Part shown: one piece after another, positions 45,734 through 55,264 of the stretch
Layout: each line of letters begins with the position of its first letter
Numbering within the stretch: the stretch's first letter is position 1
Sequence record: NC_041877.1
Source: Pseudomonas phage SM1
Direction: 5' to 3' (one strand)
DNA: 64,000 bases
The notes under the pieces: generated by a model
Told to the model about the DNA's origin: nothing
What the model saw: only the letters and a program-made list of their open reading frames with translations
Databases searched by the model: none
Translations under genes and position numbers: made by a program

Positions 45734-45959
45734 TTCTGAACTAATGCGAAAAATCGCTTCAGGGTATGGGAAATTTTCAAATTCAATTAGTGTCCAAGCC
45801 AGCTTTCCAGCAAGCTTCCATCGCGATATAGGCAGGACACTATCATGAGTCACTGTAGGATGATGGCGCATCAGTTTCAGGATAGAATCCAAAAAACGCA
45901 CGGTTTAACATTCTCATGAGCTGCGGGCGCATAAGAGCCCCGAAATAGGTTAAGGAACC

Positions 45960-46406
45960 ATGTCTCTACCCATAGTCCACCAGACCCAGCCTCTACCCGA
46001 TGCCTGCGCATGCACCTGCCTAGCAATGCTATCAGGGCAGCCGGCGGCCACTATCATTGACAGCTACCATGCGGGGTACCGCGACGGAAGCATGTCCGTA
46101 TTCGAGATCATGGATAAGCTGGGCATCTGCGCAGAGTACGCGGAAGGCCATACGCTGTACCCAGGAAATCTCTACCTTCTATACGTAGCGTCGCTGAATT
46201 TGCGAGGAGTTCTCCATCAGGTAATTGCCGATATGCGCGAGGGGAGTTTGGTCATATTCGATCCGAACAAGGGCCGAGCAGGTAAGAGTTACTACTATGT
46301 AGGCCACGAGCAGCTTCCGCCTGACCCTTTAGCGGTGCCGCTCACAGACTGGGGAGTGGATGCCAAAATAGTCGTAGCGCCTGCGCTGCAATTTTCAATA
46401 CGTTAA
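45960..46406 (+). CDS. hypothetical protein (Cys-containing, possibly peptidase-like)
   Basis: RBS AAGGAACC then ATG; 148 aa; N-terminal DACACTCLAM. Confidence 0.45.
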   Translation: MSLPIVHQTQPLPDACACTCLAMLSGQPAATIIDSYHAGYRDGSMSVFEIMDKLGICAEYAEGHTLYPGNLYLLYVASLNLRGVLHQVIADMREGSLVIFDPNKGRAGKSYYYVGHEQLPPDPLAVPLTDWGVDAKIVVAPALQFSIR

Positions 46407-46416
46407 AAACGCGAGG

Positions 46417-46638
46417 TTGAATAGTATGGACGAAATGACAATGCTGGGCGCCCTGGGCTGTGTGCTCGTAGTAGTGGGGGTGATGGCCGGGTACGTAGCT
46501 GCCGACATGTCGCAGTACAACGCGCTCTCTTCGGTAACGGCTGCCGTCATATTGGTGGTATCCATGGTCTTCGTTGTAGTGGGCGGGTCCGCCGTGGCGC
46601 TAGCCGTGTACGGTACTGTCCACCTCTATTTTATGTAG
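46417..46638 (+). CDS. small membrane protein
   Basis: Two predicted transmembrane helices (LGALGCVLVVVGVMAGYVAA, AAVILVVSMVFVVVGG). Confidence 0.4.
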   Translation: MNSMDEMTMLGALGCVLVVVGVMAGYVAADMSQYNALSSVTAAVILVVSMVFVVVGGSAVALAVYGTVHLYFM

Positions 46639-46646
46639 GAGGCAAC

Positions 46647-46934
46647 ATGCTCATCTTCAAGATTCTGGCTACTCAGTTAGTGCTCGCCGTAGGGGTATGG
46701 CTGGCCCTGTGCATAAACGAAAAGTACGTTAGCCGTTGTTGCGAGCAACTTAAGCGCCAGCGCCTGCACCGTGACTGCTTCACCGGGGAGACACAGGCTG
46801 AGCGTGATGAGCGTTTGGGCCTGAGTAAGAGCCTGCGTAACCGGGAAAGGCTGCGCTCCATCTTGGTAGTATCTGAGTGGTTGATACTCTACTCTGCCAT
46901 GCTGGTAATCGTGATCGCCGTATGGGGTGCGTAG
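46647..46934 (+). CDS. small membrane protein
   Basis: Hydrophobic N- and C-terminal segments. Confidence 0.4.
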   Translation: MLIFKILATQLVLAVGVWLALCINEKYVSRCCEQLKRQRLHRDCFTGETQAERDERLGLSKSLRNRERLRSILVVSEWLILYSAMLVIVIAVWGA

Positions 46935-46936
46935 CT

Positions 46937-47161
46937 ATGAGCGGTGGTCTGTCTTTCTTCAAAGCGGCGGTAGTGTATTTGTTCTTGGGAGGCCTGTTAT
47001 TGGGGCCTGTAGCCGGCGACCGAGCCAGAGCTTGCCCCAATGAGCCAATGCAGTTTTCATTGGTTGTAGCGGTCGTTATATGGCCTGCCATGCTCGGTAT
47101 GTCTGTCACAGCCGGCAAGCTACCGAAATCCAACGTCTCCAATTGCGAGGTGCCGCTATGA
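46937..47161 (+). CDS. small membrane protein
   Basis: ATG overlaps the upstream stop; LSFFKAAVVYLFLGGLLLGPVAG. Confidence 0.35.
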   Translation: MSGGLSFFKAAVVYLFLGGLLLGPVAGDRARACPNEPMQFSLVVAVVIWPAMLGMSVTAGKLPKSNVSNCEVPL

Positions 47162-47490
47162 GAACGGAGGTGCGTACCTACGATGGTACCCTGGTCCATC
47201 TGGAGTGCTTCGATCTGGACTACGACGAAAAGCGCGGAACCTTAGTGTTTCGCCGGCTGGACGGGGCTTGGGCCTGCATTCGTTTCTTGCACGAAAACCA
47301 CGGTCTAGTAGTGGTCGCCGCAGCGCCACAAGACGAGATAATGAGCACGGTAGCTCGTTTAAGAACGGCTGCTAGTCGAAGGGCCGCCGAGGCCCGAATC
47401 GGAGAGGCCCTAAAGGCGCTACATCGGTTCTTCTACTCCAACTGGAAAGAAGAAACCGGCTTGGCTCGATTCAAAGAAGTGAAACTGTGA
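47159..47490 (+). CDS. hypothetical protein
   Basis: ATGA overlap; 110 aa. Confidence 0.4.
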
Positions 47491-47491
47491 G

Positions 47492-47833
47492 GTGACTATG
47501 CGTTTGACACTGGCTACATGGGACGACAAGCCTCTGGGTTTGCCGGGGTTCGAGATGAACTACGATGTGGTAACTCAGGGTGTTCAGTTCGTTAAGCACG
47601 GCGCCGTCTATGAGTTTAGCTGCTCCTTCGGTAGCGTGACCGCCACGGCGGGGCGTACGGATTCGGAGTGCCGGTTGAGGGCTCGTGGGTATGTCAATAC
47701 CAGACACATCGACGCCGAGAAACTCATCGACGCCAAGCTGTTGGGTGCTCTGGAGTTGGTTCGGCGGTTTTTCTCGGGAGACCCCTCGGACCCTGAGTGG
47801 GTGGCGTTCTTCTCGAAGGCGCATGCACTATGA
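47492..47833 (+). CDS. hypothetical protein
   Basis: 113 aa. Confidence 0.4.
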   Translation: MTMRLTLATWDDKPLGLPGFEMNYDVVTQGVQFVKHGAVYEFSCSFGSVTATAGRTDSECRLRARGYVNTRHIDAEKLIDAKLLGALELVRRFFSGDPSDPEWVAFFSKAHAL

Positions 47834-48096
47834 AACGGCTGAGACCCTGGATGCCGCAGCGAGCCTTCTGGTCCGGCGGTAACTGCCTGATGAGGGGCCG
47901 AACCCAGGTGCGTGGCGGGCGAGAAACCTTCTACATGGAGCGCTTACTATACCGGCGAGTGCGCTCTGGTTATCGGGTAGTAGAGCGCGGCGTATCTTGC
48001 AGCCATAAGCATGTGCCTTCTTTCGGCAAGGCGGTGCCTGGATGGAGGCGAGCCCACTACAAATATCCCAACTCACCCTACTCCCGGCGTAGTTGA
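47830..48096 (+). CDS. hypothetical basic protein
   Basis: ATGA overlap; Arg-rich, so could be a GC-driven artefact. Confidence 0.3.
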   Translation: MKRLRPWMPQRAFWSGGNCLMRGRTQVRGGRETFYMERLLYRRVRSGYRVVERGVSCSHKHVPSFGKAVPGWRRAHYKYPNSPYSRRS

Positions 48097-48186
48097 CCAC
48101 TGAGGGTCGATAGCGCGAGCGTCTTGAGTTAACATCAGGTTGTCCCTAGAGGGCACCCATTAACCAGGGCGCTACGCGCCGGAGAC

Positions 48187-48372
48187 ATGCACATGTCTGT
48201 AGTTAGCATAGTCATCACAGGGGCAATAATGCTCCTCTTGATCGCTCTCTGTGTACTGATTGCCGATCTAGGCGACCGAGGCCCACTGCACTACCTCGCC
48301 GCCTCTCTTATCTTGGTAGCCGTCGTATTCCTCGCCGCGCTGCTCTCCATCACACTACGCATGCAATCGTGA
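48187..48372 (+). CDS. small membrane protein
   Basis: 61 aa, two hydrophobic helices. Confidence 0.35.
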   Translation: MHMSVVSIVITGAIMLLLIALCVLIADLGDRGPLHYLAASLILVAVVFLAALLSITLRMQS

Positions 48373-48605
48373 GGCCCCGCATGGAACTCCACAACCAGGG
48401 GATGGCCTTGTGGCTGTCCGTCGCTTACGTACTCGTCCTGCTCCTGCTCACCACCTTCGTCAATCGCCGGGTGCTCAAGTACACCATGGCCGATTCATAC
48501 GCCAGGGCTCACCGGCTGGTTCGATGGTACGCGTTCTGTGTTACCCCGATCCTGTTCTCGGCGGTAGTAATCATCGGAACCCTACTTCTCGGGCCAGAGC
48601 TATAG
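48369..48605 (+). CDS. small membrane protein
   Basis: ATGA overlap; hydrophobic helices. Confidence 0.4.
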   Translation: MRPRMELHNQGMALWLSVAYVLVLLLLTTFVNRRVLKYTMADSYARAHRLVRWYAFCVTPILFSAVVIIGTLLLGPEL

Positions 48606-48614
48606 GAGGTCGTC

Positions 48615-48914
48615 ATGCTTGATATCGCTTTCGGGGTAGTGAGCCACCCAGGCTACTTGATCCTTTTCAATCTGCTGCTCATGGTGGGGTGTTTGCTACT
48701 GGTTAGCGCCTCGGTTACGTGCGCTCGCTATATACGGGAGAACTGCGATTGCCATGGTGGCCGCCGTGATCCTGAGCTGATGCTCCAGCGGCAGAAGACT
48801 GTAAATTTCTGGTACCGAGTAAGCTACGTTGTACTTACCATCGCGGCGGTGCTTGGCTTGTTGTATATCGCCATCCGTAGCTATCTCCTGCTCTTGGTCT
48901 TGGGGGCAGTATGA
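48615..48914 (+). CDS. small membrane protein
   Basis: GGAGG RBS; hydrophobic helices. Confidence 0.4.
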   Translation: MLDIAFGVVSHPGYLILFNLLLMVGCLLLVSASVTCARYIRENCDCHGGRRDPELMLQRQKTVNFWYRVSYVVLTIAAVLGLLYIAIRSYLLLLVLGAV

Positions 48915-49153
48915 TTCTGGCGCAGGCCATGCTTTGCCTTTTTATGGCGATTGGGTGCCTGTTTTACTCACTCGCGCGTGAAGACTTCGTGCGTTTTGCG
49001 TGCATTTGGTCTGCGGGACGTAATCGGAGAGGTATCGCCCTCACGCGGCATCTTCTCAAAGTGGCGGCCATAGCTACCCTCTGGGTTATGGCCGTTCGTC
49101 TGCTTGCTATTCTGTGTCTAGGTACGGGGTTATGGCTATTGGCTACACTATGA
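48911..49153 (+). CDS. small membrane protein
   Basis: ATGA overlap; hydrophobic helices. Confidence 0.4.
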   Translation: MILAQAMLCLFMAIGCLFYSLAREDFVRFACIWSAGRNRRGIALTRHLLKVAAIATLWVMAVRLLAILCLGTGLWLLATL

Positions 49154-49182
49154 TGGCCACTTCAAACTACAGGGAGTAATCC

Positions 49183-49485
49183 ATGGCCCAGCGTCCCCCA
49201 TACTTCGAGCATGTCTGCAAAGCAGCAGACCGTTTGGTAGCAGAAATCAAGAAGGACAACCTTCCCGCAGCATCGATTCACTTCGAAACGTTCAGAGTGT
49301 TGCTTGACCTGCCTGACATGATCGAATCTGATCCGCAGTTCTCGGCGTTCCGTACCCAGGTGCGCATCCGGGGCTACAAGATAGTCCATGTCGTAAAAGG
49401 CCGGTACTGTGTACTGGAACACGAGTTCTTGGTCCGCAGTTTGCCCAGTCTCGTGTTCCAAGAAGAAAGTCGCCAATCGGCATAA
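49183..49485 (+). CDS. hypothetical protein
   Basis: RBS GGGAGTAATCC then ATG; 100 aa. Confidence 0.4.
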   Translation: MAQRPPYFEHVCKAADRLVAEIKKDNLPAASIHFETFRVLLDLPDMIESDPQFSAFRTQVRIRGYKIVHVVKGRYCVLEHEFLVRSLPSLVFQEESRQSA

Positions 49486-49795
49486 CTGGAGCAATCGCAT
49501 GGACCTTAATATCAAACATGTCCCGGCCACCTGCGCTATCGTCTACATACCGCAGGCGCCGGTCTCTTTCTTCGCGCTTTATGAGGCCTGAATATGGACC
49601 GTGAGCTGGAAATGCAAACGCTTGCACGCCCGCTCTCGCGCATAAATTTTTTGTTCTTTGCCGCCGGGGTTCGCATGTCGAATGCCCGGCTGCGGCGCGA
49701 AAAGCGGCTACTCGATAGCCTTGTTGAACGCTGTGCAGACTTGGACCTGTATTACGCAGGTCTGGTAAGTCAATTCCCGTATAGGAGCCCTAGCA

Positions 49796-50104
49796 ATGCC
49801 AAAAGCAGTACGACCCGCGAAAGAAACTGAAGCAGAGAAGCTCAAGCGGGAAACCCTGGACCAGTTCCTCGCCGCCGTCGAGGAGACGGGTATCGCCGTA
49901 GTTGTTATCCCGGAATATGCCCGGCGGCACCATGCGGCTATTTTCAATCGAGACTATTCGGCATTACTGAGCGTGGACGCTCGGGTATTCCAGTGGCTCG
50001 ATGAGCTTGTAGAGCGGGGCATGGTGCATAGGGGTCCGTACGGGCATGATATAGCCTATTACTCCCCGCTGGGTACTAGGTCTTTCGGGCCCAACGCTGT
50101 TTAG
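49796..50104 (+). CDS. hypothetical protein
   Basis: 102 aa; the upstream palindrome-embedded ORF 49594 was rejected. Confidence 0.4.
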   Translation: MPKAVRPAKETEAEKLKRETLDQFLAAVEETGIAVVVIPEYARRHHAAIFNRDYSALLSVDARVFQWLDELVERGMVHRGPYGHDIAYYSPLGTRSFGPNAV

Positions 50105-50126
50105 TTGCTTTGGTTTATAGGACTCC

Positions 50127-50936
50127 ATGGAGAATATAGAAATGTCTGAGAATGAAAGACCGAAAGTAGATATCACGGCCAAAATGCGCCAGGAGATCAG
50201 CCTGTTCGTAGCCAAAAGGCGGGTGTTGGATACTCCGGCTTCCGAGTGGTTCTCCAGCGGAAGTTTGGTGCAGGTTTATTTGCGGGCCGGTAGGTACGCG
50301 CACGACCGGCAGACCGATAGTTTCGAGTACGCAATCGGGCTGTCAAATATCTCGGTAAACCCAAAGTTTCATTGCCGAGGCGTGTTCTCGCGAGTTCTCG
50401 AACATCTGGAGGCCATGGCGAAAGAGCTGAACTACAGCTACGTGCAGGTTGAGCAAGTAATGCATCCCTGGCTTGGTGCGCGCCTCGAAGCTCGCGGGTA
50501 CAAGATACTGCACGCGGGTGAGCTGGCCCCGATTTATCGGAAACCTGTAGCTTGGGATGGCCGTATAGACAGTGCCGAGCTATCGATCTACACCTACCCA
50601 ATACCCAACGGGGAAGGTAGCTGGGCCCGTGCTATGGCTACTAAAACAGGGGTAGCGGTTTGTCATAAACCGTCAGGGATCGAGGTGCGATCAAGTCTTC
50701 AGTTCTCCGTACATGCGAACCGGCATATGGCTTTCTCGGTTTTGCATAACGGCCTGGGGCGGTCGGATGCGGTAGTATTGGAGCAACAATTGAAGAAGGC
50801 TTGCGACCTCCTCCATAACGCAACGCTTACGCTCCATTCCGGCGAGAAACGCGCAGACATCACCGAGTTTCTCAACGAAGTCCAGTACACCGGAACCCGA
50901 GGATTGGCGCAGCGGGACGAAGAAGAGTCCGAATAG
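50127..50936 (+). CDS. hypothetical protein, possibly a GNAT-like acyltransferase
   Basis: Weak GNAT motif-A-like NISVNPKFHCRGVFSRVLEHL. Confidence 0.35.
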   Translation: MENIEMSENERPKVDITAKMRQEISLFVAKRRVLDTPASEWFSSGSLVQVYLRAGRYAHDRQTDSFEYAIGLSNISVNPKFHCRGVFSRVLEHLEAMAKELNYSYVQVEQVMHPWLGARLEARGYKILHAGELAPIYRKPVAWDGRIDSAELSIYTYPIPNGEGSWARAMATKTGVAVCHKPSGIEVRSSLQFSVHANRHMAFSVLHNGLGRSDAVVLEQQLKKACDLLHNATLTLHSGEKRADITEFLNEVQYTGTRGLAQRDEEESE

Positions 50937-50938
50937 CC

Positions 50939-51652
50939 ATGAGCGATGCACTCTTTGTCACCCTCTTAGGCGCTAGCCTGCTGGTCTACGCATTTTACCA
51001 ACCCGTACGTAGGCTGTGCTTGATACTTCGGGCTATGCATCGCTACCGGCTAGGGCTATCTCGGGCTAGCGAGATCGTCGAGGCAGAACCTAGCGGGTCT
51101 TTGCCGGCCCGAATGTCCGCAGTGCGTGACGTTGCAATGTCGAACGAGGGGTACAGGAAAGACGACTGGGCAATGCGCGGTATGCTCGACTACTGTTGTA
51201 CGTACGAGAGAGAGGACGCTATCTCAGTCTCCCGAGAAGGTGAAACCCTATCGGATTTCCAGTTGAGTCAGTATTCCAGTGACCCAACCATGGAGTGCAT
51301 CACACGCCTCGCGAACGCCTGCATAGCTGAAGTGGAGGAGAGCCATACGCGGCCATGGCGCGTCCCGAGTGCGAGGCTGGAGGTAGAGAGATTCATCGCC
51401 GGAACTCAAAGTTTTGTCTACGAAAAACTCAATCGCGTAGAGCTGGCCGTACACGCGGAGGCAGAAATAGACAGAGTAGTAGCCGCTTGGCGAGGGCGGT
51501 TAGCGAGCCAGGCCAGGGCCGCATCAACCATCTCGATACCGAATGAAGAGACCCCGCAGACCGTACCCGCCTCTGCGATAGAGCCGATCAGGGTTCTAGC
51601 TCGGGTTCCCCGCCGCAAGCGGAGAGGCCCGGATCAATGTAAGGAGAATTGA
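50939..51652 (+). CDS. hypothetical protein
   Basis: 237 aa; hydrophobic N-terminus. Confidence 0.45.
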   Translation: MSDALFVTLLGASLLVYAFYQPVRRLCLILRAMHRYRLGLSRASEIVEAEPSGSLPARMSAVRDVAMSNEGYRKDDWAMRGMLDYCCTYEREDAISVSREGETLSDFQLSQYSSDPTMECITRLANACIAEVEESHTRPWRVPSARLEVERFIAGTQSFVYEKLNRVELAVHAEAEIDRVVAAWRGRLASQARAASTISIPNEETPQTVPASAIEPIRVLARVPRRKRRGPDQCKEN

Positions 51653-51653
51653 A

Positions 51654-51920
51654 ATGCAAACGCTTGCACCGAATGAAGTGACTTTCGAGGTGTATCAAGA
51701 GAACGGGCTGACCGTATGCATGATCCGGTCCGACGATACGGCCTACGAAGTTGGGTTCGCTGTCGCCCCAGGCTTCGTATGCACAGACTGCTTGGTGTAC
51801 GACCGCTACAAGTTTGTCGTCGGGCACGAATCGCGCTATGGGCAGAAATCCATTACCAAAACAATAACTGAACTAGGCTGTCTGACAGGTATGGACGGCG
51901 CTAATCGCATACCTGTGTAG
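51654..51920 (+). CDS. hypothetical small protein (start may be GTG 51678)
   Basis: The annotated ATG lies inside a palindrome copy; an in-frame GTG sits 24 nt downstream. Confidence 0.35.
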   Translation: MQTLAPNEVTFEVYQENGLTVCMIRSDDTAYEVGFAVAPGFVCTDCLVYDRYKFVVGHESRYGQKSITKTITELGCLTGMDGANRIPV

Positions 51921-51972
51921 CTAGCCAACCGTAGAAGGTTGGGGTAGTCTGCCGTAGACAAGGAGGAGTAGC

Positions 51973-52215
51973 ATGACGACCGTTACTTCAGCACCGGAAG
52001 AATTTCAAATTGTCGATCCGGATATAAATGAGCGCATCCAAGCGGGTGACCTACTTTGGGACCCTAGCGAGTTCGATTGGCTTCCTGCCTGCCGATCTGA
52101 GATAGGCGAATATGTATACGGATTTGCTGCCGTAGCACGTCGTAAAGCGGAACAACCCAAACCAGAACTGCCGGCAGTTAAGAGACTGCCGCGACGAGTC
52201 AGACCAACCAAGTAA
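51973..52215 (+). CDS. hypothetical small protein
   Basis: RBS AAGGAGGAG then ATG. Confidence 0.4.
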   Translation: MTTVTSAPEEFQIVDPDINERIQAGDLLWDPSEFDWLPACRSEIGEYVYGFAAVARRKAEQPKPELPAVKRLPRRVRPTK

Positions 52216-52226
52216 GGAGTAACCAA

Positions 52227-52544
52227 ATGCCAGTTTTCGCTAACGACTCCGAGTTGCACGAGTTTTACGGGCCCGATATTCGTTTCGTAAACCTGCGGCT
52301 TCCGCAGGCTTTCGATCAGTGGATCGAGGGGCGGCAAGCCCTCGCAAAGGACAACCCCGGCATGCCGGCGCTGGTTGCAGCCGACCACGACATCGGTCTG
52401 CTGCTCGATTCGGAGGCCAACGTTCTGGGTTACGTGGCTTGGGCCGGTAAGCGCTGGTACACCAGTCTGCACGCTCAGCCGATCCGCCCCAGCCCCTCGG
52501 TACTGGTTTCGGCTGCGGTGTGCAAGGCCAACGCGTCCTTGTGA
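52227..52544 (+). CDS. hypothetical protein
   Basis: RBS AAGGAG; 105 aa. Confidence 0.4.
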   Translation: MPVFANDSELHEFYGPDIRFVNLRLPQAFDQWIEGRQALAKDNPGMPALVAADHDIGLLLDSEANVLGYVAWAGKRWYTSLHAQPIRPSPSVLVSAAVCKANASL

Positions 52545-52609
52545 AAACCGCCACCTGTACCGGTAGTTGAAGTTGTATCTACTTTGAGGCAGAAATTGAG
52601 AGGAAGAAA

Positions 52610-52990
52610 ATGAGCAAATTCGACACGCGTAATGCTGAGAAGTTCGTGGTCCGTATGCCGCCTGGGATGCGCTCCGAGATCGGTAAACTGGCCTCGCAAA
52701 ATCACCGCAGCATGAACTCCGAAATCCTCGACAGGCTGACGGCCAGCCTCGCGGGTCTGCCGCTCGATGGCGGACCTCCCCAGGAGAAGGTATGGACGCC
52801 GGTACGCGGTATGTTGGTGGAGCACCCAGGCGGGTTCGGTATTATCGAAGATTTCTACCTGAGCGCCGGGCAAGTTTTTGCTGAAGTGGAAACCTTCAAT
52901 CGTGCCGGGAAGGTAAGTGCCAACTACCCGTTGAGCAGTCTCAGGCCACTGATAGCCCGCCAAGGGCTTGCCGACATCTACGAGTCCTGA
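52610..52990 (+). CDS. ribbon-helix-helix (Arc/CopG family) transcriptional regulator
   Basis: N-terminus KFVVRMPPGMRSEIGKLASQNHRSMNSEILDRL is a typical RHH beta-strand plus two-helix motif. Confidence 0.55.
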   Translation: MSKFDTRNAEKFVVRMPPGMRSEIGKLASQNHRSMNSEILDRLTASLAGLPLDGGPPQEKVWTPVRGMLVEHPGGFGIIEDFYLSAGQVFAEVETFNRAGKVSANYPLSSLRPLIARQGLADIYES

Positions 52991-52998
52991 ACCTTGAC

Positions 52999-53021
52999 TG
53001 TGCGATCTGGCCGTCGCACAG
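52999..53021. promoter_or_regulatory. 8/9-bp inverted repeat ACTGTGCGA-N5-TCGCACAGT (operator-like or hairpin) directly after the RHH gene
   Basis: CTGTGCGA and its reverse complement TCGCACAG separated by about 8 nt; TTGACT lies immediately upstream. Confidence 0.4.
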
Positions 53022-53050
53022 TGTTCACAGGTAGTTATCAGGAGTAGAAG

Positions 53051-53701
53051 ATGGATCAGATAGACCGCAATACCCTAGGCGACGCTGTAGCTGCCTTTCT
53101 CGCCAATGGTGGCTCGGTTGAACAGTGCCCGCCCGTCGAGCCCAGTAGTAGAAAGCCGAAAACCACGCGCCGATCCAAGTCACCTCGGGCTAGTGGATTG
53201 CCAGAAACCCACCCGTTTGATGTTCCTCTGAGCCTTGGTGAACGTACCCATGCGAGCGCCGTTAAACGCTGCGTAGAGCAAGGGTACAGCCTGACGCAGG
53301 CAGTGAAGCACCTGGGGCTCCCTCGTGATGTTGTCCTGCGAATCTGCCGAGAGTATCAATTTCGACTACGCGGCCCTCGCCCAGAAAGCGAAACCCAGGC
53401 TATACAGGCTCTAGCAGAACGGTACGCCATAGGAGACTGTCACGCGGTAGCCTGTCGAAAACTGGGATTGGACCAGGGAGTTTACCAAACCGCCTACGCC
53501 CGCTACCGGGCCGCCGACCCTTCTCTACCGGAGCCTCCCTCCGCGTCTAGCTATTCTGAAGCTCAGATTCTTTCTATGCTGCTGCTAGGTCTTCGACAGG
53601 GCCGCAAACTGATAGAGATCATAGACGACAACGGCCTGAATACGGCTGAGGCTATGCGCATCTACGACCGGCATAGGCGCGCTCGCCGCCGATTACTGTA
53701 G
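53051..53701 (+). CDS. hypothetical protein with HTH-like segments
   Basis: GYSLTQAVKHLGLPRDVVLRICREY HTH-like segment. Confidence 0.45.
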   Translation: MDQIDRNTLGDAVAAFLANGGSVEQCPPVEPSSRKPKTTRRSKSPRASGLPETHPFDVPLSLGERTHASAVKRCVEQGYSLTQAVKHLGLPRDVVLRICREYQFRLRGPRPESETQAIQALAERYAIGDCHAVACRKLGLDQGVYQTAYARYRAADPSLPEPPSASSYSEAQILSMLLLGLRQGRKLIEIIDDNGLNTAEAMRIYDRHRRARRRLL

Positions 53702-53758
53702 GTAGGCTAGGGTGCGATAGATGGTAAAATTTAGGGAACGTATCCATGGAGTTCAGAA

Positions 53759-54490
53759 ATGCAAGAACAAAGAGTTGAGATACTGTTGAGGGCGATTGGC
53801 TCCAGCTTCGACGAAGGTAAAATTCGAGCGCGCATGGATGATCTGGCCAAAGGTCGTGGCCCCCAAACGGCAACAATGCGGCAAGAGCTGGCCATGGAAG
53901 CCGGGTATACGGAAGGGGCGGCAATCGCGGTAGGGACGCTTTTGGGCATGACGGACCAGCTCACTTCCTGCATGGCTCACGGGTACAAGCTGTCTGAGCG
54001 CGCTTTGGCTCTGACGGGTGATTTGCCGTCCGGTCCGCTGTTGGACACCCTTTTGGAGCTTCGCAATTACCACATTGCAGAGGGTAACAAAATCTGGAAT
54101 GGCATATGGAGCCGTATGGAGGGCTTGGTAGTCATGCTCTCGGGAATGGCGCCGAGCATTCTCAACGGCAGTGCAACCCCGGTCTACTCGGAGTTCGTAG
54201 ACATAATCAAGCAGATGTACCGGACCAGAGAGCTGCACTATTTCATGGTGTGGCTCGATATGCGGCACGAAGGCAAATCGCCGTCCTTCGCCAACCACGC
54301 GGGTGGCTTAGCCGAGACCGTGAAAGACCGGCAGAACGAGGTAGACGAAGAGTTGTTGAGGGAATACGTTGAGTGGGGCCGTGCGGAGTACAAAAGACTC
54401 GGCGGGGCGCTGGCGAAGATTCAGAGAGAGTGCCCGTTCCCGGACAGGGACGCCGAGTTGAAAATAGCCAAATTATTCGGAGTTTACTGA
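53759..54490 (+). CDS. hypothetical protein
   Basis: 243 aa. Confidence 0.45.
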   Translation: MQEQRVEILLRAIGSSFDEGKIRARMDDLAKGRGPQTATMRQELAMEAGYTEGAAIAVGTLLGMTDQLTSCMAHGYKLSERALALTGDLPSGPLLDTLLELRNYHIAEGNKIWNGIWSRMEGLVVMLSGMAPSILNGSATPVYSEFVDIIKQMYRTRELHYFMVWLDMRHEGKSPSFANHAGGLAETVKDRQNEVDEELLREYVEWGRAEYKRLGGALAKIQRECPFPDRDAELKIAKLFGVY

Positions 54491-54491
54491 T

Positions 54492-54797
54492 ATGGAGAAA
54501 GCCAATATCAGCCGGGCTCATAAGCATCTGGAGTCCTTACTGAAGGAGCAGAAGGAATGGGTAGCCTACGCTCAGCAGGTTCTCAATACGTGGCATAAAG
54601 AGACGGATTTCCTAGTAACAGCTATCGCGACTGGTCTAAAGGACGCGTACGAGCGTGGGGCAAAAGGTCTACCGCCGCCAACGGCAGCGGGCGCAGGGGA
54701 CGTGGCGAAGCCGGCAAGAGTACGACCGGCGAAACCCACCATCTCCAAAAACGAGAGCAAATCTCCTGCGATACGCAGGGTTCGGAGGGGCACGTAA
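54492..54797 (+). CDS. hypothetical protein
   Basis: 101 aa. Confidence 0.4.
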   Translation: MEKANISRAHKHLESLLKEQKEWVAYAQQVLNTWHKETDFLVTAIATGLKDAYERGAKGLPPPTAAGAGDVAKPARVRPAKPTISKNESKSPAIRRVRRGT

Positions 54798-55210
54798 TGC
54801 TAGGGGTGGAGGAGGTAAAAATACTTCCGCCTAACTTACTTGTCTCCCACTACCTGCTAGCCTCGTATTGTTACTACTGGCAGGACGAATCACCTATGAC
54901 GGATGCAGCGTATGATTTAATGTGCAAACGCTTGCACGCGGCGTGGGATCAAATAGACCACCAACACAAGCATCTAGTAGATCGGGAGGCGCTGTCCGCT
55001 GGTACTTGCCTATTGCCGGCGTGCGACTACCCGAACGTGGTCTACAACGGTTGGGAGTCGTATTTGCGTAATTGTCTATCCGGTAGGGCCCGCGTCGATC
55101 TGCACACCCTCTACGCCGGTAGATTACCTACCCCTCTAGCACCTACAATGGCACCAAAGCCAGTGTGCCGCCGGATATCCACGACCCGAGTAAGACGGCG
55201 CTCTAGGTGA
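54797..55210 (+). CDS. hypothetical protein
   Basis: 137 aa; contains a palindrome copy in frame. Confidence 0.4.
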   Translation: MLGVEEVKILPPNLLVSHYLLASYCYYWQDESPMTDAAYDLMCKRLHAAWDQIDHQHKHLVDREALSAGTCLLPACDYPNVVYNGWESYLRNCLSGRARVDLHTLYAGRLPTPLAPTMAPKPVCRRISTTRVRRRSR

Positions 55211-55264
55211 CTTTAATCCTCGTTTTTCGATATAATGCGCAGCATTAGACCCCGGAGTTAGTCA

